Assembly: GCF_006345805.1 (NCBI RefSeq)
Contig: NC_043006.1
Span: 27,466,001 to 27,530,000 of the forward strand
DNA from: Octopus sinensis
Lineage: Eukaryota
Direction: 5' to 3'
Length of the DNA: 64,000 bases
The notes under the pieces were generated by a model. That model was not told the DNA's origin. It saw only the letters and a list, made by a program, of their open reading frames with translations, and ran no database searches. Made by a program: the position numbers and the translations under genes. Position 1 is the first letter of the stretch. Every line of letters starts with the position of its first letter. Positions 1 through 13,440 of the stretch are shown piece after piece.

Positions 1-490
1 AAACCTGCCCACTTCAGTGAAATTGAGTTCTAGAAGCACTGTGGGTTCCACTCACAGGAAACAATAAAAAAACCTTTTCCACATCCTACATCTCTCCTCT
101 TTCTCGCATTTTCTCTTTTCATATACTATGCTTATGCTTCTCTCTTGCTCCCCAATCCTGTTCTCACTGCCCTGCTCACTGTATCATTGCTATCCTGTTG
201 TCCCTCACACCCTCTATATGCCCAAGTTTTACCAGTTACTGCATACCCTATCCCACACTCCTTGTATTCATGTGAAGTCTACTCCCTACTCATGCACCAT
301 GGCAATACTCTATCATTTATATTCTGACCCTGTACCCTGAGGGCATGCCCTTCCACTTTGTCACCACTTATCTCTCCCTGGCTCTTCTCTACCATCCCAT
401 TTATATCTGATCCCTATTCCTTGTGAGCATGCCCTGGCACTTCACCACCATCTCTCTCCCTCTTTCTCTTGCTTTCTTCCACATAAAAAG

Positions 491-636
491 CACTCAGTCC
501 ACTCAACAGGGTCGTTGGTGTCAGGAAGGGCATCCAGACAGCGAAGCATGGTACAGTCTTCTGCCCAGCCAGCTCCTATCAAACCGTCCAACCCATACCA
601 ACATGGAAAGCAGATGTTAAATGATGATGATGATGA
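491..636 (+). mobile_element. RTE-LINE 3' tail / RTE-tailed SINE fragment
   Basis: gttggtgtcaggaagggcatccag...aaaccgtccaaccca...gatgttaa followed by (ATG)n; same tail at 11366-11648, 12130-12174 and 17370-17654. Confidence 0.7.
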
Positions 637-796
637 ATGTGTGTATACACACACATATATATTGTTTGGCAGTATTCTGTATGCTAAAGAACCTGCCCAC
701 ACATCCAGTCTTAGCAAAACAGTTATTAAAAAATTGTGTTATGTGTGTGTTTATATGTGTATGTGTAATGTGCATATGTATGTGCGTATGTATATA

Positions 797-837
<41 letters not shown>

Positions 838-2595
838 GTACATATCTGTGCAGTTCTATATACTTCTATGCATATATATATATAGAGAGAGGGGGGAACA
901 GGCTATGAGATGTCCACATTGGATTAAATATATGCTTAAATGTTTTAAAGAAACATAAATTACCATCTTTAATAATTATACTAGTTAACATAATGACTGT
1001 GATAATTAATATTTTTGCAAATACTAAAATGATTTTAGTAATAATAACAATAATAATATTGAGGGCATAAACCTAAGCATAAGCGAATTACCTCTGAATA
1101 AATAATGTACACCATACAGTAAAATGCAAACAAAACTGCTACAATTGATTGTAATATGAATCAACATTTTATAAACCACAATTCAACTGTAATACCAGTA
1201 GAGGTGATTATAAGACCAGAATTCAATTTGATTTAAAAAGTAATGCTATAACCTTCAACTGAATACCAGCGCAGGAAGCTTATTTGAATTAATTCACTTT
1301 GAAAACATCATGAGTAATGGACCCTTGATGAAATTGCAGTGACTAGGATGCATAATTGCATACAGAGCAATGTGTAGTTGCTGCAATTGAAACATATGTT
1401 GGTCATTGTTATATATGCTTTTTTAATAAAAAGTTTTGGATGTGAGTAATTCTCCACTCTCCTCTTCATTTTCAATTATATATATCAAAGTACTATCAAG
1501 ATCACATCATTGTTTCTCTGATAATTTCTCCCTAGCTCTCACCCATTCCATTTCCTCTATCATTAGCACCTTTCCCTCTTACCACACATCCTTTTATCAC
1601 ACATCTGTCTATTACCCAATTTACTAAAACCAATATCTCTTCTGCCTATGCCTTTATACTTCATGCTTCACATACCTATACCTCTATTACTTCATCTTCT
1701 AATCCCTCCATCCCCTTCTCAATTTCACTGTTCCATACCACTTGTAGATGAAATTGGCGTTAGATCTCATGTCTGCCCTTTGGTTCAAGATCAGCTACAG
1801 ATGCCACAGCACCTATCTGATCAGATGTCCCTCTCACCAACACTAATTTGTGCCACACATTGGTTTAGTACCCAACTTATACTGTTCACTGGTACCCAAC
1901 CACATTCCATTCTTGTGACTACCACTTTCATCAAGCCCACCTTGAAACTTATGTGTAGGATGCTGCATTGAACCATTGTGCCCTGTACACTATACCTTTA
2001 CTCACCTCTACTGTACAGCTTGTCCTCACTCCATTTTCACTGGCATTATATTCTTGCTTCTTCTCTCCCACGCATCCAAAGTCTCTGTCATCACTCCTTC
2101 TTCTGTGTCATTAGCCTTGTGCCACCACCTTATCCTCTTGCTTACACTATTCTGAATATACATAACTCAGAAAACTGAGTACCTCATCACTCATCCCTTC
2201 TCCCCATCACTTATTGACCTATCACTCAATCACTATTACACATCCCTCTCCTCACTTTCATTTATTCTCATCTCCTGCTATGTACAAAGGCTGACAAGTG
2301 AGCAAAGATGAGGTTCCTTAAGTCAAGTCAAGGGCAGAACACCTCTCTAGGACTGATGCCATGCCAAAAAGCACCCACTCTGAAAGCTGATCGATGTAAG
2401 GAAGAATAACAAACTGTAGGAATAAAACCAAAAATTAAACGCAAGCAAAATGCAATCCTTTGAACGCATTTATGGAAGTAGTACACCAAAATATGTGCTG
2501 ATTCCAGTGGTAGTAGCCAAGCCAAAACTGAGACACTGGAATGATGTAAGTCTTCCAACCCACAGAATCCTGTCCAACTATCTAACCTATGCAGA

Positions 2596-3385
2596 GTTGT
2601 AACGTAATTTGTTACATACAATAAATAAGGTAACCAGACAATAGTAAAAACAATGTAATAAACTAACAAATCTCTTTACAAACAAACAAACAATCAATAT
2701 TCCTTATGAACTAACCAACCAACACCTTCCGACTTCACTGGACTCCGAACTCTGAACCTCAAACTCACTCGGATCGTTACTATTGCAAGGGGGGGGGGGC
2801 ATTGTAACTCTCATCACAACATCTCCCCTTTTGAGATTTCAACTACTGTGAGAAAGTGGGCTTTCTTTTATTTTTATTTATTTTTTCCTCCCAGTACCTC
2901 TCCTCTTTTTTTCCCTTTAGCTGTTGTATCTTAATTGTTGCCCAACTTTTAAGGAAATATTGTTTGCTGCACACAGCAATTTCCCTTTTCGTTGTACTAA
3001 GCACTCTTGTTTTCCTTTCCTTCTTTTATTTATTTTTTTTTTTTGCAAATTCAATACGTTTAGTTAATACTTCTAGATATTTAGTCTGTTTTGCTTTCTG
3101 AAGCCAGTTCTACAGGGTTCAATATCTCTCAGTGCAGGCACTTTAAACGTATCATAGAAGACGTCAATTGATATTACTCTTCCTTCTTCTGTATGCCTCA
3201 TCTTAACTGGTTGAAGTGTCTCTTATATTCCAAACATTGTCCTTTAATTAAATACATCATTTTACCTAATCTTTTGATTACACAGCCATCTTCCCAACCT
3301 TCTTTACCATTTTGGTAATTTTTAAAATGAACTTTATCTCTTACTTTAAAATATTTTGTAATATTTCTTGTACTTCCCTCAAACT
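2596..3385 (-). mobile_element. Ty3/Gypsy 3' remnant: integrase C-terminus, polypurine tract and 3' LTR
   Basis: Minus strand translates KYFKVRDKVHFKNYQNGKEGWEDGCVIKRLGKMMYLIKGQCLEYKRHFNQLR (Gypsy integrase SH3-like tail); PPT aaaaggggaga abuts TGTTGT at 2821; LTR about 2596-2821. Confidence 0.75.
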
Positions 3386-4402
3386 CAGAAGTGGTAAATA
3401 TCCAAGCAAGATATATACTGCAGGCTGCTCTTCAGACGAAGGATATTTTGATTAAATGAAAGTTTACATTGTTATAAGCAGGTACATGTTAACGCATAAA
3501 AGATTCATTCTGATTGAATCTGCCATGTGTTAACATGTAACTCTTGTATTCTTATTTGCACACCCAGCAACCCTAGTTGCCTACTGTGAAATATAAAAGA
3601 ACTTTTTTTCAGTTTATCATACTTTGATACAAAAAAAATTCACAACCTTCCATCCTAATAAACCACTATTGTCCCTAAAAGTTGTTTTTTATATTTACTA
3701 TGGATTGCTTGAAGCTAACTTTCTTCCTACACCTCAATCACTGGATCTTACATTTATATATATAGAAGGTTGTTTATGGTCAGTGAGAGTGACCATTGGA
3801 CATAAACAACCATATAAATATTATTACTCTAATGTTTTAGTGTGTGCTTCTTTTTTTGAACTACTGACCAATATGTGTGTGTGTGTGTGTGTGCGTATGT
3901 GTTCTTTTAGAGAGAGAGAAAGAGAGACAGACAGATAAAAAAAATAGGGACACCATTTCTTTAGAGTTCCACTCTGCTGGCCATGCTGGAGCACCATCTT
4001 GAAGAATTTTTAGTTGGACATACTGACCCCAGAATGTTTGTTTTTTTTACTTGTGGCAGTCATTAGAGAGAGAGAGAGAGATTTACTGTGTTTAATTGTG
4101 CAGAACAGACCATCCTCGAATAAATAAATGAATGAATATATATGGTGTGATGGTTGTCATTGTCTTGAGTGCTGACCATTCTCGCCAGAGGACAATTTCT
4201 GGCCAAATAGAAAGACAGAAAGATAGAGAGAGAAAGAGAAATTGAAAGGTGTTGATTCTTTGAAAATTTTGGCACTTTAGCTCTGGTCACGCCATCATCA
4301 TCATTATCATCACCATTGTTTAAGAGTGAAAGTTGATAAAGCACCCACACTTATATATGCTGTGGGATAAACAGACAGAATGTCTCTTTTATATATATAG
4401 AT

Positions 4403-4603
4403 CAGTGCTTATCAAACTTTCTGCTGGGGTGGAACCCCAAGGAAACATTCCACTGGCTCGAGGAACCCCTGTGCAATAATTTAATAGTTTTATGCACACA
4501 TATCTGCACAGGAGAATTAAAAAATACTGCTGATTTTGGCAGTTTTGTAACTTCTTGCAGAACCCCTGGACTGTACTGGTGGAACCCTGGTTGAAAACCA
4601 CAG
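4403..4603. mobile_element. hAT (Charlie-like) MITE
   Basis: Imperfect TIRs cagtgcttatcaaac / gttgaaaaccacag; exact 8-bp TSD ATATAGAT at 4395-4402 and 4604-4611. Confidence 0.85.
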
Positions 4604-4639
4604 ATATAGATGATCTTAATATTATGTAATAGCCCCAAG

Positions 4640-4835
4640 GTGGTTAACTGGCTGAATTGTAAGCTTGCCAGACAAAATGCTTAGCAGCATTTCATGTATC
4701 TTTACACTCTCTAAGTTCAAATCCCGACTAAGTCGACTTTGCCTTTCATCCAGTCAAGGTTGATAAAATAAGTACCAGTTGAACACTGGGGTCGATGTAA
4801 CCGACTAGCCCCCACCCACCGAAATTGCTGGTCTT
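4640..4835 (+). mobile_element. tRNA-derived SINE (MetaSINE-like), decayed
   Basis: B-box-like aagttcaaatccc, then gtcgactttgcctttcatcc...gataaaataagtacc; same family as 26142-26652. Confidence 0.75.
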
Positions 4836-4898
4836 CTTTCAAAATTTGAAGCCTATATTATATAATAGCCCTGTACTGATTACATATAACCTAATTAA

Positions 4899-5120
4899 CC
4901 CTTTAGCATTTAAACTGGCCATATCTGGCCAAAAGTATTCTGCCTGTTTTATGTCCAAACTGGCCAGATCTGGCCTCTCACACCAACCCTACAATATCAT
5001 TCTGAAGGATTAACAGCTACCTCATCAAATTCTCATAGCTCTAAGATAATGCATGATTAGTTCAAAACAAAGTGGATGAAAAAGCATTAATTTTGGTAGA
5101 ATAATGCGAACACTAAAGGG
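4899..5120. mobile_element. piggyBac-type MITE
   Basis: TTAA|CCCTTTAG ... CTAAAGGG|TTAA: TTAA target duplication and CCC/GGG ends. Confidence 0.85.
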
Positions 5121-5164
5121 TTAAATCACACAGCAGTGGGAGTTAACATAAATACTATTTACAA

Positions 5165-5650
5165 GGTCAATATACAGTTTGAGACCCGTTAACGAAAACA
5201 AAAAAAAATCCAGCCTACTAGATGTAAAAAAAAAATGTGTAGAAAACGAATATGAAAAAAAAATTGCGTAAACGGGGTGGAGGTGTTGAAAGGACTTTCG
5301 GAAAATTCACAAGATCCGATTTTTTTCACCATAACTTTCAGGAAAATAGGTATATATTGATGAAATTTTATACAAATACCATTCAAACGACATAAATTAC
5401 GATTATAAATAGATTTCTGAGGAATTCGTTTTCTACACATTTGTTTACACCTATTAAACTGGTTTTTTTTTGTTTTGTTTTTTTGTTTTGGTGACTGGGC
5501 ACCAAACTAGATCCTGAAAGTTATGAGGGGAAAAAAACGGATCGTGTGAACTTTCCAACAGACCTCTCCCCACCCCTTCGGAAAACACCCTCCCCCCCGG
5601 ATTTCTTTATGACCGCAATTTGTGCCATTTGAACGATATTTCTATAAAAT

Positions 5651-5695
<45 letters not shown>

Positions 5696-5878
5696 CTGAA
5701 AGTTATGAGAGGGGAAAATCGAATTTTGTTAATTTTCCGAAAGTCTTCTCCTTACCCCACCCCGTTTGCGCAATGTTTTTTTTTTTCATATTCGTTTTCT
5801 AGACATTCTTTAACACCTAGTAGGCTGAGTTTTTTTTGTTTTTTTTTCGTTAACGGGTCTCAAACTGTATATTGTCCA
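5165..5878. mobile_element. Fold-back / long-TIR non-autonomous DNA transposon
   Basis: ggtcaatatacagtttgagacccgttaacgaaaa and its reverse complement at the other end; inverted similarity continues for about 270 bp per arm. Confidence 0.8.
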
Positions 5879-6792
5879 TTAAGAGCACCCACAGACTCTG
5901 TGTGCGTGCGTGCGTGCGCGCACACACACACGTACGACTGAACGAGTAAGAGTTAAGCACTAAATTCCTTCAACTTATGCAACTGGCCTCAAAACATTTG
6001 AAGGCTTAATTACTTCGCTGCTTGCAGAATTAACAAATGTGCGTTTTGAGTTGTAGATAATTTGTTTATATAAAATGAACATTAAGATCACTGGTTCCCA
6101 AACGTTTTTTTTTTTACTCACGGTACAATCTAAAGCAAATAAGAAAATGCTTTGGTGCGTTTTAGGCATAAAATATTTTAAATAAACATTAAAAATATTT
6201 ATATATTTTAACCTATAAATATGATTTAAACCGGAAAATTTACTAAATACTTAGATGTTTATTCAATTAATGAAGTATTCTTAACAAGGGTTTTTCACAA
6301 TTTTATTTTTAAATATAATTTTGTTAATCCGAAATATATGAAGTACTTGAGAAGCACTGGAAACAAAAATACTAGAACAAAAAATGAAGGGAGAAAAACT
6401 ACCCTTCTCCTTCCCAATAAGATATGGAACTTCGAAGGACAGTTATTCGAAAACACCGCCGAAAACTTTAACAATGCGAAGATAATTTTTATCTTAGAAA
6501 AGTCTTTTTTGAAAAGAACATAAATTTTATTAATTTCACATAATTACGTCTAGAAATTATTATTACAACATTAGATAATAAAACTCTAGTAATAAGTTTT
6601 GCATTATGTATTGGGCGTGTCTTTTATTTGCTAAACCATTATCTATAGAATTTGTCTCATTTTTAAAAAAGTGCTTAACACTAAGAGGAAGTACTTATAC
6701 AAACAATAAGTTCTTTGCAAAAGCACATCCTACGTCGTGTTATAATATAGGTTCAAATAGAATTTTTGAATTATAACTTACTTTTTCTATAC

Positions 6793-6827
<35 letters not shown>

Positions 6828-7353
6828 ATTCATTTTTCCCCTTTTGTGCTTGGTATTTTGTTGCTTTTGTTATTTGCTTATTTAATTTCATAACCAGAAT
6901 ATCTCCACGAAGAAAAAAATAACGAATTCTAATGCGATCTGTTATATATGTATTCTCTTTCTTCGCTTAAAAGTTTATAAACCTTCTATTTACACAAAAC
7001 CATTATCTCTTTCGACTTATTTACCACCAAATCCCTTTATCTATATACTTATTCCATTGTTTGTCAGTTCTTCACATTCGGCAGAACTTTTTTTTATTAT
7101 TGATTGAGTGAGTGGGAGGGCAGTTATGTGTGTCTGTGTAAGTAGATGAGGGCTACTTTAAATCCCAAATGTGAAATAAGGAATTTCAGAGACAAAACGT
7201 TCATTGTACTTTTTAAATTTACAATACACAAGACAACAAAAGCATAATATATAAGCTATCCATGTGCATGCTCTGTCTGTCTGTCTGTCTGTAAGAAAAT
7301 TAGGAAATGAAAACATAGCATTTAATTATCAGAAAGGGATAAATAATTTCTAA

Positions 7354-7402
<49 letters not shown>

Positions 7403-7412
7403 TAATAATAAT

Positions 7413-7822
7413 GCCCTGATGCACTACCAAGCAGTGGCTCTCGTGGCTTCTGATCTTAACTGATTGGAAGTGTTATCATGTACATTGTTTTGTCTTGGTA
7501 TAAAAGATGGGCTACAGCAAATATTCTGCTCAATACCACAGATTTGCTTGTCAGTTGCTTGACCGTAACCAGTTGAGCATGTCCTTTAGTGGCTGACGAT
7601 ATGTGCATCTCTGATATGTGCAAGCAGAGTGTTGAAAGGAATTCTTGGAGGTTTGGATAATTCACCTCTGGAAACATGGGTGTTTCGTTCAACATCCTTA
7701 AACAACCCTTATTCAGGGACGTTTTGAGCAGGATGGGTTACTTGACCAGAAGAAAATTCTAACTGGGCCCTACCTGCAAGGTCATGTGCTATTTATCTTG
7801 ATATGAGATCACCACGCCACGC

Positions 7823-7823
<1 letters not shown>
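7413..7823 (-). mobile_element. 5'-truncated non-LTR retroelement 3' end in a (TAA)n tract (R4/Dong-like by inference)
   Basis: About 410 bp of non-simple sequence flanked on both sides by (AAT)n; I recognise it as a common octopus repeat; clade assignment rests on the target context only. Confidence 0.5.
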
Positions 7824-7860
<37 letters not shown>

Positions 7861-8199
7861 TTATTGTTTATAATCATAATGCAATAAAGTTAAATTAAAT
7901 AAACAAATAAATAGCAAATCCAGAATAATATGGAAAGAGGGTTTTAGCAGATAATAAATTTTTATTAAATGCTGTATCTCCATTTCCTAATTTTCTTTTA
8001 CATGATTATAAACCATGATTTATATTTAGACCTATTATTTTATGAATATTATTATTCATAACAAATATCAGGTAATGAACCAGTAATTCATTGGGTATTA
8101 CTATCCCTTAATGAGGCTAATTTAATCTCTAATTGAATTCTATAAACTATTTATGTATCTATCTAACACGTACGTACGTATGTATGTATGTAGATAGAT

Positions 8200-8520
8200 A
8201 GATAAAACTTCTCCTTGACTCTCTCGGCGCTGACACGTGATGAAAGGGAATTTATCTTTCTGTCCATTTCCTTCCTAAAGACAAGACGTGTTTATACCTG
8301 TCTCCTCTCTTTGCTCGTCCTCCTAGCGTTCATAATAATTTTTCTATCGTCTTGATTTAACAGCGCTCACCGTTTGTTTTTACTGTCTTGTTCTCACTGT
8401 CCTGTTCTTGTTACCACTTTCACCCTTCGCAAAAAATCCCAAATTTTATTTAATTTGCTTTGCGGGAAGGATTGTTTCAACAAAGTCGCGTATTGTCCTT
8501 ACCTTTGAAATGTGGAGTAA
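8200..8520. repeat. Interspersed repeat; inverted partial copy at about 16497-16668
   Basis: 8390-8520 (tgttcttgttaccactttcacccttcgcaaaaaatcccaaattttatttaattt) matches the reverse complement of 16510-16660. Confidence 0.65.
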
Positions 8521-8825
8521 ATGAAATGGAAAACTGATAAAAGGGAATATTCTTCTCGTTTCTATTTGTTTTTTCGTTGTTCAAAAAAAAAATTCGTTTT
8601 CTATGTTTTTGTTTTTATGTTTGCATTTCTCATTGTGTTCAATGTCTTTTTGATGTCCTGTACCCATATATGCATGTATATATACATATATATGTAGGTA
8701 TGTACATATATGTAGGTATGTACATATATGTATGTATATATGCATATATTTATATATTATTTATATTATTAATATTATTATTATTATTATATATATTTGT
8801 AATATAATATGTGACAATTATTTGG

Positions 8826-8900
8826 TTGCCATAATAAAACTCCGAGTTTCAGATGTCGGGACGGAAACCTGCACCGACATCTCTTCAGTTATCGAGGCAA
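8826..8900 (-). ncRNA. Type I hammerhead ribozyme motif (Penelope pLTR-associated), intact core
   Basis: Minus strand: UUGCCUCGAUAA-CUGAAGA-GAUGUCGG(14-nt loop)CCGACAUC-U-GAAA-CUCGGAG-U-U-UUAUUAUGGCAA; stem I 5+5 bp, stem II 8 bp, near-palindromic stem III. Confidence 0.8.
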
Positions 8901-9499
8901 TTAAAATATGCTATAAAAATTACCGTTAAACAAAGGGTTATTACTATGTAAATGACCGTTATTAAGACAAAAGAGCTATTAGAATGACCATTAAATAAGG
9001 GAAAAAACTGAAGGGGAGGAAGTAAAAAGTAAAGGAATAAGAAAACTCATAGAATTCGTGTGTTCGCCCATATACATACATACACATGCATGTGCGCACA
9101 CCCACGTATATGTGCCTGTATGCATACATTCACTCAGACTTGCATGAAACACACACATGCGCACCCACATATATGTCAAATAGATGCACATATATATGCA
9201 ACCATGCATGTACACATATAGAAATCTACATACACACACACACATGTGCACATACCCATATGCGCAGTTATATTCAAATGCATATGTACATGCACACACG
9301 TAACCATATGTGCACAGTTATATTCAAATGCATGTCTAAAAAACATGTGCATATGATCACTTACACTTGCATGGACTCCCACGTACATATGCAACCATAC
9401 ACATGTGCATATTCATGCGCACACAAACATTTCATATACACATCTATATATGTACATGCACAAGCAAAATGCAGGGTGGAAGGTAAAATACAGTAAAAA

Positions 9500-9960
9500 A
9501 AGTGTAAAAATATATAAAGCAAAAAATTTTTTAAATATATCTCTATAAGTATGTAAAAAAATATGTAAAAATGTATAAGAAATATATATAAAATGTATAG
9601 AGAGATAAAAAGCAAGTTCTATCTGTGATCTTGGGGGGACCAAAAACTTAACAAATATTTAGCCACATTTGGACATGATACAAAAAGTTCAGTCCTTGAA
9701 TTTAGACATGTAGCAGTGCCTAAGCTGCTTTTTCAGATGAGACATCTTTCCGTATCACAAAGACCGCACTTATCACTGCTGTTGGTGTAAGGCTTACACT
9801 TGGCTAAGATCTTCCAATGGATGTTGTAACTGACACCTTTCTCTTTCTCTTTTATGTACCTGGATAATTTGGTCATAAAAAAATAATAGGGCCCAAGAAA
9901 GCATTAGGCATTTATAAACAAGCATATCATTCGAGTCTACATTTTGTTGAGACTCGCACG
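9500..9960 (-). mobile_element. Penelope-like element GIY-YIG 3' fragment
   Basis: Minus strand YNIHWKILAKCKPYTNSSDKCGLCDTERCLI; same family as 16890-17120. Confidence 0.8.
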
Positions 9961-10060
9961 TCGTTAGAGTCTCTACATTTTGTTGAGACTCACACTCAGC
10001 CATGCTCATCTAATATTCATATAATATGTATCTATATCTATCTATATATATATATTTTAC

Positions 10061-10115
<55 letters not shown>

Positions 10116-10239
10116 ATATTTGTATATATATATATTGTATATATATATATATTTGTATATATATATATATTTGTATAATATATATATATATATTTGTATA
10201 TATATATATATATGTGTGTGTGGTGTGTGTGTGTGTGTA

Positions 10240-10440
10240 TGTGTTTGTGTTTGTCCCCCCAACATCGCTTGACAACCGATGCTGGTATGTTTACATCCAC
10301 GTAACTTAGCAGTTTGGCAAAAGAGCCGATAGAATAAGTACTAGGCTTGCAAAGAGTAAGTCCTGGGGCCGATTTGCTCAATTCAAGGCGGTGCTCCAGC
10401 ATGGCCACAGTCACATGACTGAAACAAGTGAAAGAGAGAG
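10240..10440 (+). mobile_element. Octopus tRNA-derived SINE, 3' half
   Basis: catcgcttgacaaccgatgctgg...gatagaataagtactagg...ggcggtgctccagcatggcc...tgactgaaacaag. Confidence 0.85.
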
Positions 10441-10529
10441 AGAATATATCGGTATATATATAAATATATATGCATATAGTTATACATATATATATATATA
10501 TATATTATATATATTATATATATATATAT

Positions 10530-10705
10530 GAGAGATCGTTGCCACTACACACATTTTTTTTCTCTCCTTGCTTTTTTTGTGTCCCTTTCTGTAGAAGAGT
10601 GTAGGCTCGAAACATAAAAGACTTTTTCAATTCCTGAGCATTATACATCTGTTTGTTTGCTACACCACCTGTCTTCGTCTTTTGTTTTCTTCGTGAACTC
10701 TCCCT
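10530..10705 (+). mobile_element. PLE pLTR-like fragment with minimal hammerhead-like motif
   Basis: ctttctgtagaagagtgtaggctcgaaacataaaagac; related copy at 29650-29810. Confidence 0.5.
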
Positions 10706-10948
10706 ATATATATATATATATAGTTATACATATAACTATATATTTATATAGATAGAGAGAGAGATAGATAATTATATATGCATATAGTTATACATATATA
10801 TATATGAATACATAAGCATATAGTTATACATATACATATATATATATGAATATATATATAGTTATACATATATATATATATATAGTTTATATATATATAA
10901 CTATATATACATATATGTATTTATGCTATAGTTATATATATATATATA

Positions 10949-11114
10949 GGCGCAGGAGTGGCTGTGTGGTAAGTAGTTGATAACCAACCACATGGTTGCG
11001 GGTCAGTCCCCTGCGTGGCATCTTGGGCAAGTGTCTTCGCTATAGCCCGGGCCGACCAATGCCTTGTGAGTGGATTTGGTAGACGGAAACTGAAAGAAGC
11101 CTGTCGTATATATG

Positions 11115-11147
<33 letters not shown>

Positions 11148-11304
11148 TTGTCCCCCTAGCATTGCTTGACAACCGATGCTGGTATGTTTACGTCCCCGTC
11201 ACTTAGCGGTTCGGCAAAAAAGAGACCGATAGAATAAGTACTAAAGGCGGTGCTCCAGCATGGCCGCAGTCAAAATGACTGAAACAAGTAAAAGAGTAAA
11301 AGAG

Positions 11305-11305
<1 letters not shown>
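10949..11305 (+). mobile_element. Octopus tRNA-derived SINE, full length
   Basis: tRNA-like head ggcgcaggagtggctgtgtggtaag with A/B-box-like motifs, central gagtggatttggtagacggaaactg, LINE-like tail and aagagtaa repeats. Confidence 0.9.
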
Positions 11306-11343
<38 letters not shown>

Positions 11344-11365
11344 TATAGTTATATATATACATATA

Positions 11366-11648
11366 TCATCATCGTCATTTAGTGTCCGCTTTCCATGCTA
11401 GCATGGGTTGGACGGTTCAACTGGGGTCTGTGAGGCCAGAAGGCTGCATCAGGCTCAGTCTGATCTGGCAGTGTTTCTACGGCTGGGTGCCCTTCCTAAC
11501 GCCAACCACTCCGTGAGTGTAGTGGGTGCTTTTTACGTGCCACCCACACAGGTGCCAGACGGAGTTGGCAAACGGCCACGGATGGATGGTGCTTTTTACG
11601 TGCCACCCGCACGGGGGCCAGGCAAGGCTCGCAACGGCCACGATCGGA
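11366..11648 (-). mobile_element. RTE-LINE 3' tail
   Basis: (CAT)n then ccgctttccatgctagcatggg...gcccttcctaacgccaacc...gtgctttttacgtgccacc repeated twice. Confidence 0.8.
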
Positions 11649-11943
11649 TATATATGCATATAGTTATATATATATATATATATATACATACATATATATA
11701 TATGCATATAGTTATATATATATACATATAGTTATATATATATGCATATAGTTATATATATACATACATATATATGCATATAGTTATATATACATACATA
11801 TATATATATATGCATATAGTATATATATACATACATATATATATGCATATAGTTATATATATATGCATATAGTTATATATATACACACATATATATATAC
11901 ATACATATGTATATATACATACATATATATACATACACACATA

Positions 11944-11983
<40 letters not shown>

Positions 11984-12207
11984 CATACATATATAACATA
12001 CATAATATATATATTATACATACATACATATATACATACATATATATATATACATACATACATATATACATACATATATATATATATACATACATACATA
12101 TATACATACATACATATATATATACATATAACCCATGCTAGCATGGAAAACGGACGCTAAACGACGATGATGATATATATATATATATTATTATATATAT
12201 ATATACA

Positions 12208-13439
<1,232 letters not shown>

Positions 13440-13440
<1 letters not shown>

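Noticed and set aside
2328-2669. 113-aa minus-strand ORF and a short plus-strand ORF
   Set aside because: Starts inside the Gypsy LTR; no recognisable motif
10949-11020. tRNA-like sequences with A/B boxes
   Set aside because: They are SINE heads followed by SINE bodies; no complete cloverleaf seen anywhere in the window
11366-12174. 45-bp inverted repeat around a microsatellite block
   Set aside because: Both arms are the common RTE tail in opposite orientation; independent insertions explain it
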